From: Chiloscyllium plagiosum
Taxonomy: Eukaryota
Assembly (NCBI RefSeq): GCF_004010195.1
Contig: NC_057719.1
Coordinates: forward strand, 72,367,961-72,431,960
DNA length: 64,000 nt
Reading direction: 5' to 3'
Part shown: positions 52,701-64,000 of the stretch, piece after piece
Numbering within the stretch: the stretch's first letter is position 1
Layout: each line of letters begins with the position of its first letter
Made by a program: the position numbers and the translations under genes
The notes under the pieces: model-generated
What the model was told of the DNA's origin: nothing
Seen by the model: the letters and a program-made list of their open reading frames with translations, nothing else
The model's database searches: none

Positions 52701-54159
52701 AGCTCTTTTCCACATGATATTGTAGATGTGCTGACACATGAATTCCACAGTTCAAGAAAGAAGCACACTCACAACTATCTTCTCAAAAGCAATTAGGGAT
52801 GGACAACGAAGGTTATGCTCATGAATTTCACATTTCAGAAACAAAAAAAAGCAGGGGCTTAAATGGAGCTGTAATTGATGTCATGGCTCTCAACTAGGAT
52901 CCATGATCCAAGCTATTTTCCAGGGATGTTTGAAAATACATCAAGCTGCTGATAAGATTGGTCTTCCAGTGCCAAATAGTCTGCCAACACTTTCTGTTAT
53001 GTCTCAAGGGCAGTTAGGGATGGGTAATACCTTTTGGCAATGCAATCAATGCTCATATCCCAGGAATGAATAAAAATAACATGAAAAGTAATCAGATTGG
53101 AAGAATTCTAGAACACATGAAAATTTATTGCAGCATGAGCCAAAAATGCCTTCATGAGAGGAAGATCAAAAGAAGGGGACAGAAAATGCGCAAAATATTT
53201 AGGAGTGCCAGCACGTACGTATGATTTAATAATGATATAACTAATACTTCTTTCCAACACTTGGAAGGTTTTAGTTACTAAACAGTTTACATAGAGAATG
53301 TTTATGTACATTGAAAGATTACTTTACTATGGGTAGAAAATTCTGTGCAGCTGATTCCAGAAAGGGTTAGTAATCAACACTGCTGCTTTCCCTGAAAAGC
53401 AGACACAAAACACATTTTTGAAAAGTATTTTTGTGGTACTTATGTTTACCTAAGAATAATCTCCACTCGGAGTTGGGCTGAACTTTTGGCATCTGCAAGG
53501 AAGTTTCAACTTCAATCTTATCACACTCCTGGAATTCGTCCATACTTGGTAGGCTATGGTTATATATGAGAAAGAGCTTCTTGTACTCCAGCAATTCAAG
53601 CCAACAGATATTCAAACAAATAAAAAGTCTACTTAAAACAAGGACAAGTACAGAAGCCGCCTTCATTTGGCATACATCTCCTGTTTGTATTTTTTCTAAT
53701 TTGAGCTTGTGTGTCTTTTTCACACAAAAGAATACGCTTATTGTCGGCAGAAAGTTCACTCTTACTCACACGCTTCAGTTTCAGAGAATTGAAGAATGCG
53801 ATCAGTACCCAAGGCACTTTGACAGACTTAACAATCTCTGTAACAACAGAATATGCTGTAGTGCATTTCCAAAGCTGTGAATTAAATTAGACTAAAGAAT
53901 GGAATCTCTAAAAATAAGTATATGAAAAAATTATGGTCAAGAAGGTCTACTTAAGCTATCCATTCTTTCCTTACAGGCCAATTTAAATACCATCACAAAC
54001 TTCATTCCACACCATTTCATCTCTTTTAATTCTGTACAAATGTATCTCAGTCGCAAATCACAAATGATCAAAATTCCACATTCTCATTTTTCATTATTTA
54101 ACTCTGGCTGCTGTTCTTTGTGAAGTCCTTCCCTTTATCACCGTTCCAGCAGTAATGTA

Positions 54160-54268
54160 GAAGAGTGTGGTGCTGGAAAGGCACAGCTGGTCAGGCAGCA
54201 TCTGAGGAGCAGGAGAGTCCAGGTTTCAGGTATCTGCCCTTCATCAGGAGGGCTTATGCCTGAAACGT
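54160..54268 (-). mobile_element. Penelope-like pLTR fragment with inverted end
   Basis: gagtgtggtgctggaaaggcacagc...; arms 54223-54240 and 54249-54266 are inverted repeats. Confidence 0.65.
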
Positions 54269-54910
54269 GTTGGGTAGACAACTCTCCTTGAACCTCTTCA
54301 AATTTGTTTCTGAGGTTGATAGTTTTGTACGTCAGCCTTCTACTGCTGGTATATTTCATAGCTTTCAAATTCCTTAAGTATTTAATGAATGTTCATGGTT
54401 CATGTGTCTTCATCAAAATTAACGTAGTACAGTCATATTGTTATGGTCCTTAAGGATACTAGGGCTCTTCATTTTTTACTGATTGTACCTTGTGAAGTGT
54501 CCACCAGGTATGTTCTTAATTTTTGTGTTTTCTCAGCAAATACTCCTCCAGCTGTTAGTCCCAGATCCATATACCTGTCCTTGCTGAAGAACTGACAACT
54601 TTCTTGCTCAGTGACCATGGCAAAGCTCTTTGTTTGTTTCTCGCTTTAGATTTCTTTACATCATGTCATTCTGTCATACCCTTCCATGGTAATATGAGCT
54701 GTAAATGTTTTTAACAGTTATGGAAGTTGTGTTTGCGGTCTTCTCCCCATTAATAATTCCACTAGAGGTAACCCATTTCACAGTGGCAATGAACTGTGAC
54801 TCACTTGAGCTAAATCAGTATCATTGTTCTTCACCAGGAGTTCTTATTTGGTTCTGACACCTTTCACTTTCCGGCTAACATTCTAACAGATGAGAGTCTT
54901 AACAAGCAAT

Positions 54911-55100
54911 CCAGGTCTTTTTCAATATATAATTTCAGTTGCATCACACTGTAAACTTTTGCTATAAATTTTGTGTCTTACAATCTTATACTCCACAACC
55001 ACCTGATGAACGAGCAGTGCTCCAGAAGCTAGTGCTTCCAATTAAACCTGTTGCACTATAACTTGATGATGTGTGATTTTTAACTTTGTACATCCAGAAC
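54911..55100 (+). mobile_element. Penelope-like pLTR of a further family
   Basis: acctgatgaacgagcagtgctccagaagctagtgcttccaattaaacctgttg. Confidence 0.65.
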
Positions 55101-58019
55101 CGTTCACTGCTTCACTTGCGAACAGTAAAGTGAACTCGTTGCATGAATCAATCCATAGTTGGCAAATTCAATAAATTGTGCATTTGTGCAAGTATTCACA
55201 TAGCTGAAGAATAGTCGCACTATACTTGAAATATTAAATCTGTTTCTCTCTCCACAGATGCTAATAGACTTGCTGAGTTTCTCCACCACTTCCCACATTT
55301 GCAATATTTTGATTTTGTACTACTTGTCAGGAATACAGGTTTGTTTGAATGATTTTTATTACTATGTCTGTTGTTATACTGAGACAATTTGTCACAATCC
55401 AAAATTCAGTACTATTGGTTATGAGGATATGGCCTTTCTCCTTAAACCAAGGAAGTCCTTTTCTCTTGATAGTCTTGATGGAAATGTCAACATCAATAAG
55501 GTTCTGCAGTTTGTTACAATGTTTTCAATGGATTAAGTCATTCCTGACCATAAACTAGCTGTTTGGTCTTGTTCAGCATTTTGATATTTTTATATGATCT
55601 TAATGCAATATTTAGGTAAATATTGTCTCAGAGGGCTATAGGGTGGCTTTCTCATTAGAGAGAGAGAGATATCTCATGGTAGTTTAAGCTGAAGGTCACC
55701 ACACCTCAGGCGAGCACTGAGATTGAGAAGGTAAGACCTTTATTCTAACCTCAGCGAGTATGTCAATCGAGCCTGCATTGTTGACACCACTGTCTTGCAA
55801 ACCATTGCTCTCTAAGAGACCAGTCCAAGCAGTTCCCTCTGGAACTATGGTGATTTTACCTCTACCTTATAATGCAATATTTGGAGTAAAATTTTGTAGT
55901 GTTTAGGTATCACCAAATTTTCATTCATTCATAAATCGTCAATGAGTATGAAACGTTTTTGTTGTTCGAAGTATTGTCTCAATTTAGTGTTACTAGGGAT
56001 GTATGACTGCCATTCTCCCTGATAATGCTATATTCTTTGATATGCTATGTTTTTGTTCTCCCTGAAAGTTGACTGCTACCTCTGCTCTCAACTCCAAACC
56101 TTGTTGCTCAGCTTCATCAACAAACATTCTGGGCTGGTATTCTCAGGCTGTCTCATAAACTGTACTGCCTTGTGAGCATTAAGTCCTCATTTGACTGTAA
56201 AGAATCCAGCAATGCATCATCCATCACACTAACAACTATATGCTAACATCCCCCTCAAATTGTCATCTACACAATTGCCTGTTAATCAGGAGGGATTAAT
56301 GACCTCCTTTACTCTCTGGCTCCAAATGTAAAATCTACCCCATTCAATGATTACATTTTTTGGACACTGAAGTATATATATCAAAGGCCTTCAGGACTTG
56401 ATGTAAGAAGATGAAATCTCATCCATCCTTGTCTGGTCAACACATCATACACAATGGCATTCAGTGGGCAAAGCAGAATACTAATCTGATACATTGGTCT
56501 TTTCATGCAGCCCTGAGGCCGGTTGTTACTTGGCAAAGTCCTGTCATCTGCAGGTACACCTGTCACAGGCTTTCCTGCCTCTCTAACTAGCCTAGACGTG
56601 GTAGCGTTGTTTCCATTCCCTGAATTGATGTTTGGTGTGTTGCTCTGCCTCTGAACAACCCTACTCCTAGGATGCATTGCCACTAAGAGTTTTTCTGTTT
56701 CTCCCTCCCATTGAGCTACTGTACTGGTTTTGCACCATTGCAGTTTTTTTTTCTTTTAGTTCTGGTTACTTTTAGATCCTTCTCTGTAACACTTTAGTTC
56801 CACACAATACCACCATGTTTCGCAATCCACATTTCACTTTTATGGATGTCATATGTTAGGGTTAATCTTTCTCTGCACCTTCTCTGTAGCTTTAACACTA
56901 TATTTAGGATTATGTTCTATTACCATGATGTACTTATGTCAGATATGATTTGTCTAGCTAGTACACAAAACAATACTTTTCATTATATCTCAGTCCATGT
57001 GACAATAACAAATCACATCTAATGAAATAAATCAAATCAACAAAGCTCAATACCATCCAGGACAAAGCAGCCCACTTGATCGGCACCCCATTCATCACCT
57101 TCAAATCTATTCCCTCCATCATGGACAGATAGTACCAGGAGTGTGTGCCATCTACAAGATGAACTGCAGCAACTCACTAAGAATCCTTTGCTAGGTTCTT
57201 ATAAAGACAAAAACTTCTAAACACCTAGAAGGATAGGGACAACAGATGCTTGGAAACATTACCAACTGTAAGTTTGCTTCCAAGCCGCACTATTCTAGAA
57301 CTACATTTGGAATGCCCTCCCTCACAGTGCGGTGGGCATGCATAAATCACACGGACTAGAAAGGCTCAAAAAGGTAGTTCAACATATCTTCTCAAGGTAC
57401 ATTAGTGATGACCAGCAAATGCTGGCATGGCCAGCAATGCACACATCCCATGAAAGGATAGCTTACCTTTTGATTTGTCACCTATTGATTACTTTAACAC
57501 AGCTCTTCATTCTAATTGTATATTTATTTTGAGTTAATAAGTCAGTCTGTTTAACATTGTTGGTGTGGTGACTTCCAGAAGCAATAAGTGGAACAAAATC
57601 AAGGATCACTAAGGTAAATGTGTGTTAATTCAATAAAGTTAACATGAATTTGGCAAATCATGTTTAATTATTTCATTGGAGACATAGGTCAGTTGATGGT
57701 TGACAGCACACAGTATCCTAAGCTTTATTAACATGGGGCATAGCATACCAGAGAGGAGGTCTAATTGTGTGGTAGTGGCATTCCTGTCTTTGAGTCAGAA
57801 ACTCTGGGTTTCAGTTTAATTCCAGAACTTGGAAGGTGTTTTCATAATGTAATCAAACTGTACATCTGTTTGATATGCCTATAGCAGGAAATAAGAGTGG
57901 GAGAACCACTTGATCAGCCAATTGTGATTACCGCATGAAAAGCTAGCAATGTAAATAAATATAAGCATAATCTTGTCAGTCTCATAAGCCAATAGGTGTG
58001 AAAAGAGAAAGCAAGAGCA

Positions 58020-58585
58020 ATAAAGTTATATTAAACTTGTATGAAATACTGATTTAGCCTCAACTGGAATGTTGTGTTCTGTCCTGCGCACCTTAGAAAA
58101 GATGTAAAGCCATCAGAGATGAAGGTAGAAATGATTCACAGGATTATACTCAGCAATAAGTAACTTCAGTTATGTAGATAGATTGAAGATATTGAGTTTA
58201 TTCATTTTAGAGAAAAAATGATTGAGAGGAGATTTGATAAAAATATTCAATATCCTAAGGGGTCAGGACATTTATAGAAAACTGCTAGAATTTAGGATGA
58301 GAGACACAAATTTCAGACTGTTGGCAAAAATAAACAATGGAGACATGAAGTGAAACCTTTTCACCCTGAATGTGGATAAGATCTGGAATGAACTGACTGG
58401 GAGCATGATGGAAACAAATGATGTTGAGACATTCAAGAATAAAATTGGATTATTATCTGAAAAGGAGGAATTTGCAGGATTATGCAGAGAAAGTGAGGGT
58501 AGAACTGGGTAAATTTCTCATCCAGAGAGCCAGTGCAAACATGATGGGCTGAGTGGCCTTCTGCTGTGCTGTAATATTTCTATGA
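58020..58585 (+). mobile_element. Degenerate CR1 3' fragment
   Basis: ctcaactggaatgttgtg, gagaggagatttgata, atctggaatgaactg and gggctgagtggcctt motifs. Confidence 0.6.
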
Positions 58586-61390
58586 GCCTTGATTTCCATC
58601 ATGAAATTATATATTTATAGTGAGAGATACTGGGAAGAGATTACCGATCTTGTAATTCATAAAGAGTTTTCAATTGATATAAAATGTGGAAACAGAACCT
58701 GACCAATCAACTTACCATTGAATAATAATGCACAGCACCAGGCCATTTGACCCATCATACCTGTGACAGCTAATTGAAAGTGTTATCAAAATAAACTCCA
58801 TCCCGTGCTCTCTTCATAGCCCGGTAAACTCTCCCCCTTCGATTGGTTATCCAATATCATTTTGAAAGTCATTTAATCGGCTTTCACTGTCCTTTCAGGC
58901 AGTATATACTACATCACTTTTTTCCCCCTCTATGTTACTTCTGGTTCTTTTGGCAATTATCTTAAACCTCTGTTGCCAATATTTATGCTACTGGAAACAA
59001 TTTCTCCCATCAACATCCTTCATGATTTTTAACATCTTAGCCAAATCTGACATATATCTTCAGTGCTATACAGAAAACAACCTGTTTCTCCAGCTGCCCC
59101 AGTTCGCCGAAGTCCTGAATCCCATTCTAATAAATCTCTCACTACCTCTGAGGCTTTCACATCCTTCCTGAAAGTGAGATGCCCAGACTGGAAAGCATCT
59201 ACTTCAACTGCTCCCTAATATGATTTATGAAGATTTCACACATTTTTAACTTAAACCAGTACTAAACTGTAGCCTTTAACTTCTTAATCCTTATCAGAAG
59301 CATTCATTATTTGTGCATTATATGTAGTCAGTATTTTTTCAAAGGGCAGCCTTGCTGCTGTTGTGAAGAATAATAGCAAAGAGCCTCTGGATGATTAGCT
59401 ATTTAAGAGTTGAGAACAGTGTGATTATACTGCGACAAAATAAGTGAAAATGATTTTATCCATGATATTAACATGTAATTTATCGTAGGCTACTACATAA
59501 TATTATGTTTTCAGTGTATCTGTGAATTATGACATTTTATTTTAGTCATAGGAAACGTATTTGACAGCTTGATAATTAGGTATCTGGCCTTATGTTTAAT
59601 ATCCAATATCAGATGTTATTTGAACTCCATCTTGCTCATTTGGCACGATTTCATCGCTAAGATCAATTTGTTACAGAAAAGTAAAGGTCCCACAAACTCC
59701 ATTAAAAAGGGTCATCTTCTTCCAGCAAATGCACATATTTCTAGAGTTGTTGAAATGTGGAGCTCAGAATATGTCGCCTTCTGAAGTAAGGCCATGGTTC
59801 ACAACTTTAGAAGTATTATGGTGGTACAGTCAAAATAACACACCAAATTTATTTTCTTTGTGAAAGCAAATTGAGATCATTTAGAATGCCATCACATGGT
59901 GCTTTATGGTAGTATCTCTACTAAAGGAAAAGTGGTTGTTTTCAATTTGTTATTTTATAAAACTTTGTAATATAAATTGCTATTCTTACTTTGTTTTGTG
60001 AATCTAGGCTTATTTCATCATTATTAAATTCAAACTCATAACTTTAATTTCAGCAGTTAGATGCTAGTGTAAAGAAATCCCACAGAAGCAAAAATATGTT
60101 GAAATAACATAGTGCAGTTCAAGTTGACTGGTCTTCAGTGCACAGTTAATTGCTTTTAAACTATAATTGTCAAGCTGACTCTAAGTCACTTGAAACCCCC
60201 TTAATGAAAATGGTAGATACTTGAAACAATTGTGCATTTGAATTACTGAATTAAGCAAAGTAGGGCAAAATTAAGTATGATAAAACAAAAACACTGAGGT
60301 CAGTAAGAGCAACTACACATGGAAGTGATATTGCTTTGGTATATATGATATATATACCTGATATATATTTAGTATATATCTTTAATACATAAGGTATTCA
60401 TGATTGCCCTTTGGTATATGTGATTGTCCAACTATAGCTGAAGCTACAATGCGAAGGTTCTTTCACACATAGTAGCCTGATACCAAACTCTTAGCTTTTT
60501 GTCATGTGTGGTCAACAGCAAAGGTGAACCATCCTATTATTTTAAGGAAACATACTGATATAGATTATATTTTAAAATGTGAAAAGTGAAATAATCTGAG
60601 TGTTGCATCTACTTTCTCTCCTTTACTGTATTATCAAGCCCAGTGTCCTTCCACCAACATCCTTTTGGTGGAAAATTAGTTGCAAACAAGTTTTCAGGTT
60701 TAACTAGGGCATGCTGTACAAATATATTTAAGTCGAAGAGGTTGTAAAATACGACATGATTATGATTAAAACTGAACAAATACATTGACTGAAGGTCAAT
60801 GGTGTTATTTATAAATGTTTGTGTTTACATTTTAAACTTCATGAATTAGTTTGTAGATTATTGCTGTTTATTTTTGAAGTGTTGGCTCCAAAATAATTCT
60901 GTAATTTTCCCATCACTCTTGCAGAAAAAGTTGAGAAGAAAATCTCAATCTGTAAAAGATTTAGAGAAACCTGGGACCATTCATGTAAACAGTTTGTACT
61001 TAAGACACCATTTTTCTTTTCTCTTGAATGAATCATCTTCTGCAAATATTAAATTAAACAAATTCTTAAAAAATATAAATTTGGCAATAAGTGCATAATT
61101 TAATAAGATGCTAGAACAATTTATTTTGGACATATTGACGCACTACAATATTCTGTATCCAGCTGCAGCTGTCATTCTAATAGTTTTGGCACTGTTTATG
61201 GAGTGAACTGACTACCATAAAATTCCAAATTCTCTTTATAAATGAAAAATGACAACTTAGTTCGGAAAGTAATTATATCTGACATACAAAATGTATTTTG
61301 AAATTTCGGCTTCTTTCTCGTTTGGAAAAATAATGCATTAGATCATCGATTTAAATAGAAATATTTAACTACTCCTTGGTTTCCTCTCAG

Positions 61391-61596
61391 GCTGGTTGTC
61401 CTGGATTGGGAATGGAATTGTCATCTCCATCATGTACAATCGAAGACTGGCACTTGAACCTCAAGATTATCTGACATTCAATCTTGCAATATCAGATGCC
61501 AGCATTTCAATTTTTGGATACTCACGGGGCATAATTGAAATATTCAATATTTTCCAAGACGATAAGTTTATCATCACATCTATTTGGACTTGTGAA
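61391..61596 (+). CDS. opn6: Opn6-like opsin coding exon 2: (G)WLSWIGNGIVISIMYNRRLALEPQDYLTFNLAISDASISIFGYSRGIIEIFNIFQDDKFIITSIWTCE
   Basis: ttcctctcag| and |gtgagt; 206 nt, phase 1-0. Contains the GN of TM1, NLAxSD of TM2 and the pre-TM3 Cys. The WLSWxGN and FGYSRGIxEIFN strings resemble what I recall for fish opn6. Confidence 0.9.
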
Positions 61597-62875
61597 GTGA
61601 GTTAATAATTTAAATTCTTAGAGTTAAATTATAAATGTGCTGTGAACTGTATTTCTTTATATCCACATTGCAATTATGTATAGTATTCACACAATTACAA
61701 GAAAACAGAGAAGTTGACCCAGGTTTTGAGGTCAGTGTTGTTGATCTTGAAAAAGCATCCTGCAAAGACTTAGCAAGCTCTTGAATGTCAATCTCCTTTA
61801 TTTTGGCATGGCTTTGAGTCTGGCACTTTCTATTGGAGTTCTGTGGAGTTCTGAAGATATGAAGTCATCAAGCAATCTGAAGAGGCATTCAGGTTAAGGA
61901 ATTCCCAGATAGTAAACCAAGAAATACAAGGCTCAGATTAGAACTGAAGCATAATTACTTGACAGAAAGCAAACTAAAGTCTGGAACATGCATATGAGAT
62001 TAGTAAAAACTTACTAGTTTTAAAAAATATGCACGTTCCTCTGAGGAACTAAGACTTCACATACATAAAATGGGTTTTTCAGAACCTGAGAAGTGATTTG
62101 TTGATAATTATGAATTAGTACACAGTTAAGCTCCAGTTGCACCTGATTGAACAAAATTCAACATTTTCATTGGTCATTATGGTGAAAACAATGTATAAAA
62201 AGTTGAAACAAAGACCTTGTCCATTTTTGCAGGGTAAAATTGTTGATAATCAACACATATGCTTCCAAATATGAAAATGGTGTGCACGATGCATGAATCG
62301 AGAATTTAAAGTCTGTTCTAATTGGCAGCTAGTACTAATGATACAATAAAGGTTGATTACAAAGATTCTTGCTATATCAGGAAGACTTTGGTTTGACAAG
62401 AGCTAAAACCTGAGCAACGTTTAGATTTTGTGATAGAAATTGCAATCTTTTTGCCGATAACAACTCCGTAAATAACATATACATGCACATTGGTTTGGAA
62501 AATGGAACATTAACAGTGGTGATAAACCTAGGTGTTTTACAAACCTACTTTGAAATGCAATAAGAAAGTACATCTCTTTTACATCAAACTTGTTTTTGCA
62601 TCAGTACAATTCTACAGGAATTGTCTGATTTGTTAAATATAGCCTGTAGTCATATTGAAAAAGTATCGATGTAACTTTGCAAAGCAATTTTAAACCGTTT
62701 GTGCTGGCATAGATCTTCCATCATGGAAAGCAACCTTGAATAAAGTATTTATTTGTGAAACTGAGTTAGTGTTTTGGCATTTGTCAAACTGCTACTCTGG
62801 GATTTAGTGGTTGCAAAGTTTCCTGGAAATGTTTAGCTTGTGTGTTGTGGACTGACAAGTTTCTGTGTCCTTTAG

Positions 62876-62975
62876 GTGGATGGGATTTTGACCCTGCTGT
62901 TTGGTCTGAGCAGTATTAACACTTTGACAGCCATCAGCATCATCAGATACATCAAAGGCTGCAAACCGCATCAAG
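62876..62975 (+). CDS. opn6: Opn6-like opsin coding exon 3 (TM3): VDGILTLLFGLSSINTLTAISIIRYIKGCKPHQ
   Basis: ttctgtgtcctttag| and |gtaaat; 100 nt, phase 0-1. TM3 with the xRY..C.P pattern typical of opsins. Confidence 0.9.
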
Positions 62976-63327
62976 GTAAATCCTTCAGTGCCTCCACTAA
63001 ACAGCATTACCTAGTCTAATATTAACAGTTAAATATCCATAGTAGCACCTAGAATCATCAGAATAGCGTGATATATACGAGAGCTACTTCTGATAATCTT
63101 TACTCGCAGAAGTAGTGTGAATTCTAGTTGGTAGTACATTAAATTATTTTAAATAGCATATCAAATTGAAACAGAGAATTTCAAAGAAATTTTCTATGAT
63201 GAACAAGAACATTTGGTGACATTTTAAAATCAGCAAATTCAAAGTAGCAATATTATCTAACAACATAATCTTGCTCCAGGATATTGAACTGCTTGCCAAA
63301 GTATTGCTACAGCAGATGCAGACATCT

Positions 63328-63630
63328 GGGCGGCACAGTGGCACAGTGGTTAGCACTGCTGCCTCACAGCGCCAGAGACCACCTCAGGCATCTGTCTGTG
63401 TGGAGTTTGCACATTCTCCCCGTGTCTGTGTGGGTTTTCTCCGAGTGCTCCGGTTTCCTCCCACAGTCCAAAAATGTGCAGGCTAGGTTAATTGGCCATG
63501 CTAAATTGCCCATAGTGTTAGGTGAAGGAGTAAATGTAGGGGAATGGTTCTGGGTGGGTTGCTCTTCGGAGGGTCGGTGTGGACTTGTTGGGCTAAAGGG
63601 CCTGTTTCCACACTGTAAGTAATCTAATCT
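63328..63630 (+). mobile_element. HE1-type SINE in opsin intron 3, B box deleted
   Basis: gggcggcacagtggcacagtgg head and AATCT tail; reads gccagagacc-acctcagg where the 2048 copy has gccagagacc-tgggttcaattccc-gcctcagg. Confidence 0.92.
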
Positions 63631-63660
63631 GACAGGAAATTGTTTTCGGTCTCTCTACAG

Positions 63661-63765
63661 TTTACAGGGTTAACAAATCTAATGTTATACTGGCCTTGTC
63701 TATTGTGTGGCTGGCAGCTCTTTTCTGGTCTGCGACACCTCTTCTAGGATGGGGCAGTTACGCAG
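63661..63765 (+). CDS. opn6: Opn6-like opsin coding exon 4 (TM4): (V)YRVNKSNVILALSIVWLAALFWSATPLLGWGSYA; gene continues beyond the window
   Basis: ggtctctctacag| and |gtgaga; 105 nt, phase 1-1. Contains the opsin W....W...PLLGWGSY signature. Confidence 0.9.
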
Positions 63766-64000
63766 GTGAGAACAGTGGGGGTGCAATGTTATGCTATGTT
63801 AAGATAACGTGATGCTTGTTCACAGTACAACTATTTGCATTTGTACCCCATTGGAATTTATTCTTGAAAAGATAGTGCTCACGTGCACAGGCAATTTTTG
63901 TGTACATAGTTTTGTTCGTGTTTTTCTTTCTTATTGTGAAAAGGCAATTATGTTGTTGATGTATCAACATCCTGAAATTCTTTACCTAAAACCATGTGAA

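Noticed and set aside
62804..63007. 67-aa minus-strand ORF
   Set aside because: Antisense shadow of opsin exon 3.

Overview
Vertebrate genomic DNA, almost certainly a shark (elasmobranch): it is full of HE1-type SINEs and HER1/CR1 LINEs. The ORF track mostly reports LINE debris and misses the two real spliced genes, both on the + strand. (1) The last three coding exons of SCFD1 (Sly1, Sec1/Munc18 family) lie at 13396-13461, 26333-26401 and 29246-29272, with a poly(A) signal at 29485. (2) About 13 kb downstream are the first four coding exons of a neuropsin-group non-visual opsin, most likely Opn6 (42442-42559, 61391-61596, 62876-62975, 63661-63765); the gene continues past the window. The opsin has Asp at the rhodopsin-113-equivalent site and IRY in place of (E/D)RY. 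The rest is repeats: a near-full-length CR1 with zinc-finger/esterase ORF1, truncated CR1 and L2-like copies, at least six HE1 SINEs, many Penelope-like fragments with decayed hammerhead-ribozyme-like cores, a decayed Copia gag relic, solo-LTR-like pieces, a ~2.36 kb 31-bp minisatellite in an SCFD1 intron and a 328-N assembly gap. All family assignments come from recalled motifs, not database searches. Repeat boundaries are approximate unless a target-site duplication (TSD) is given.
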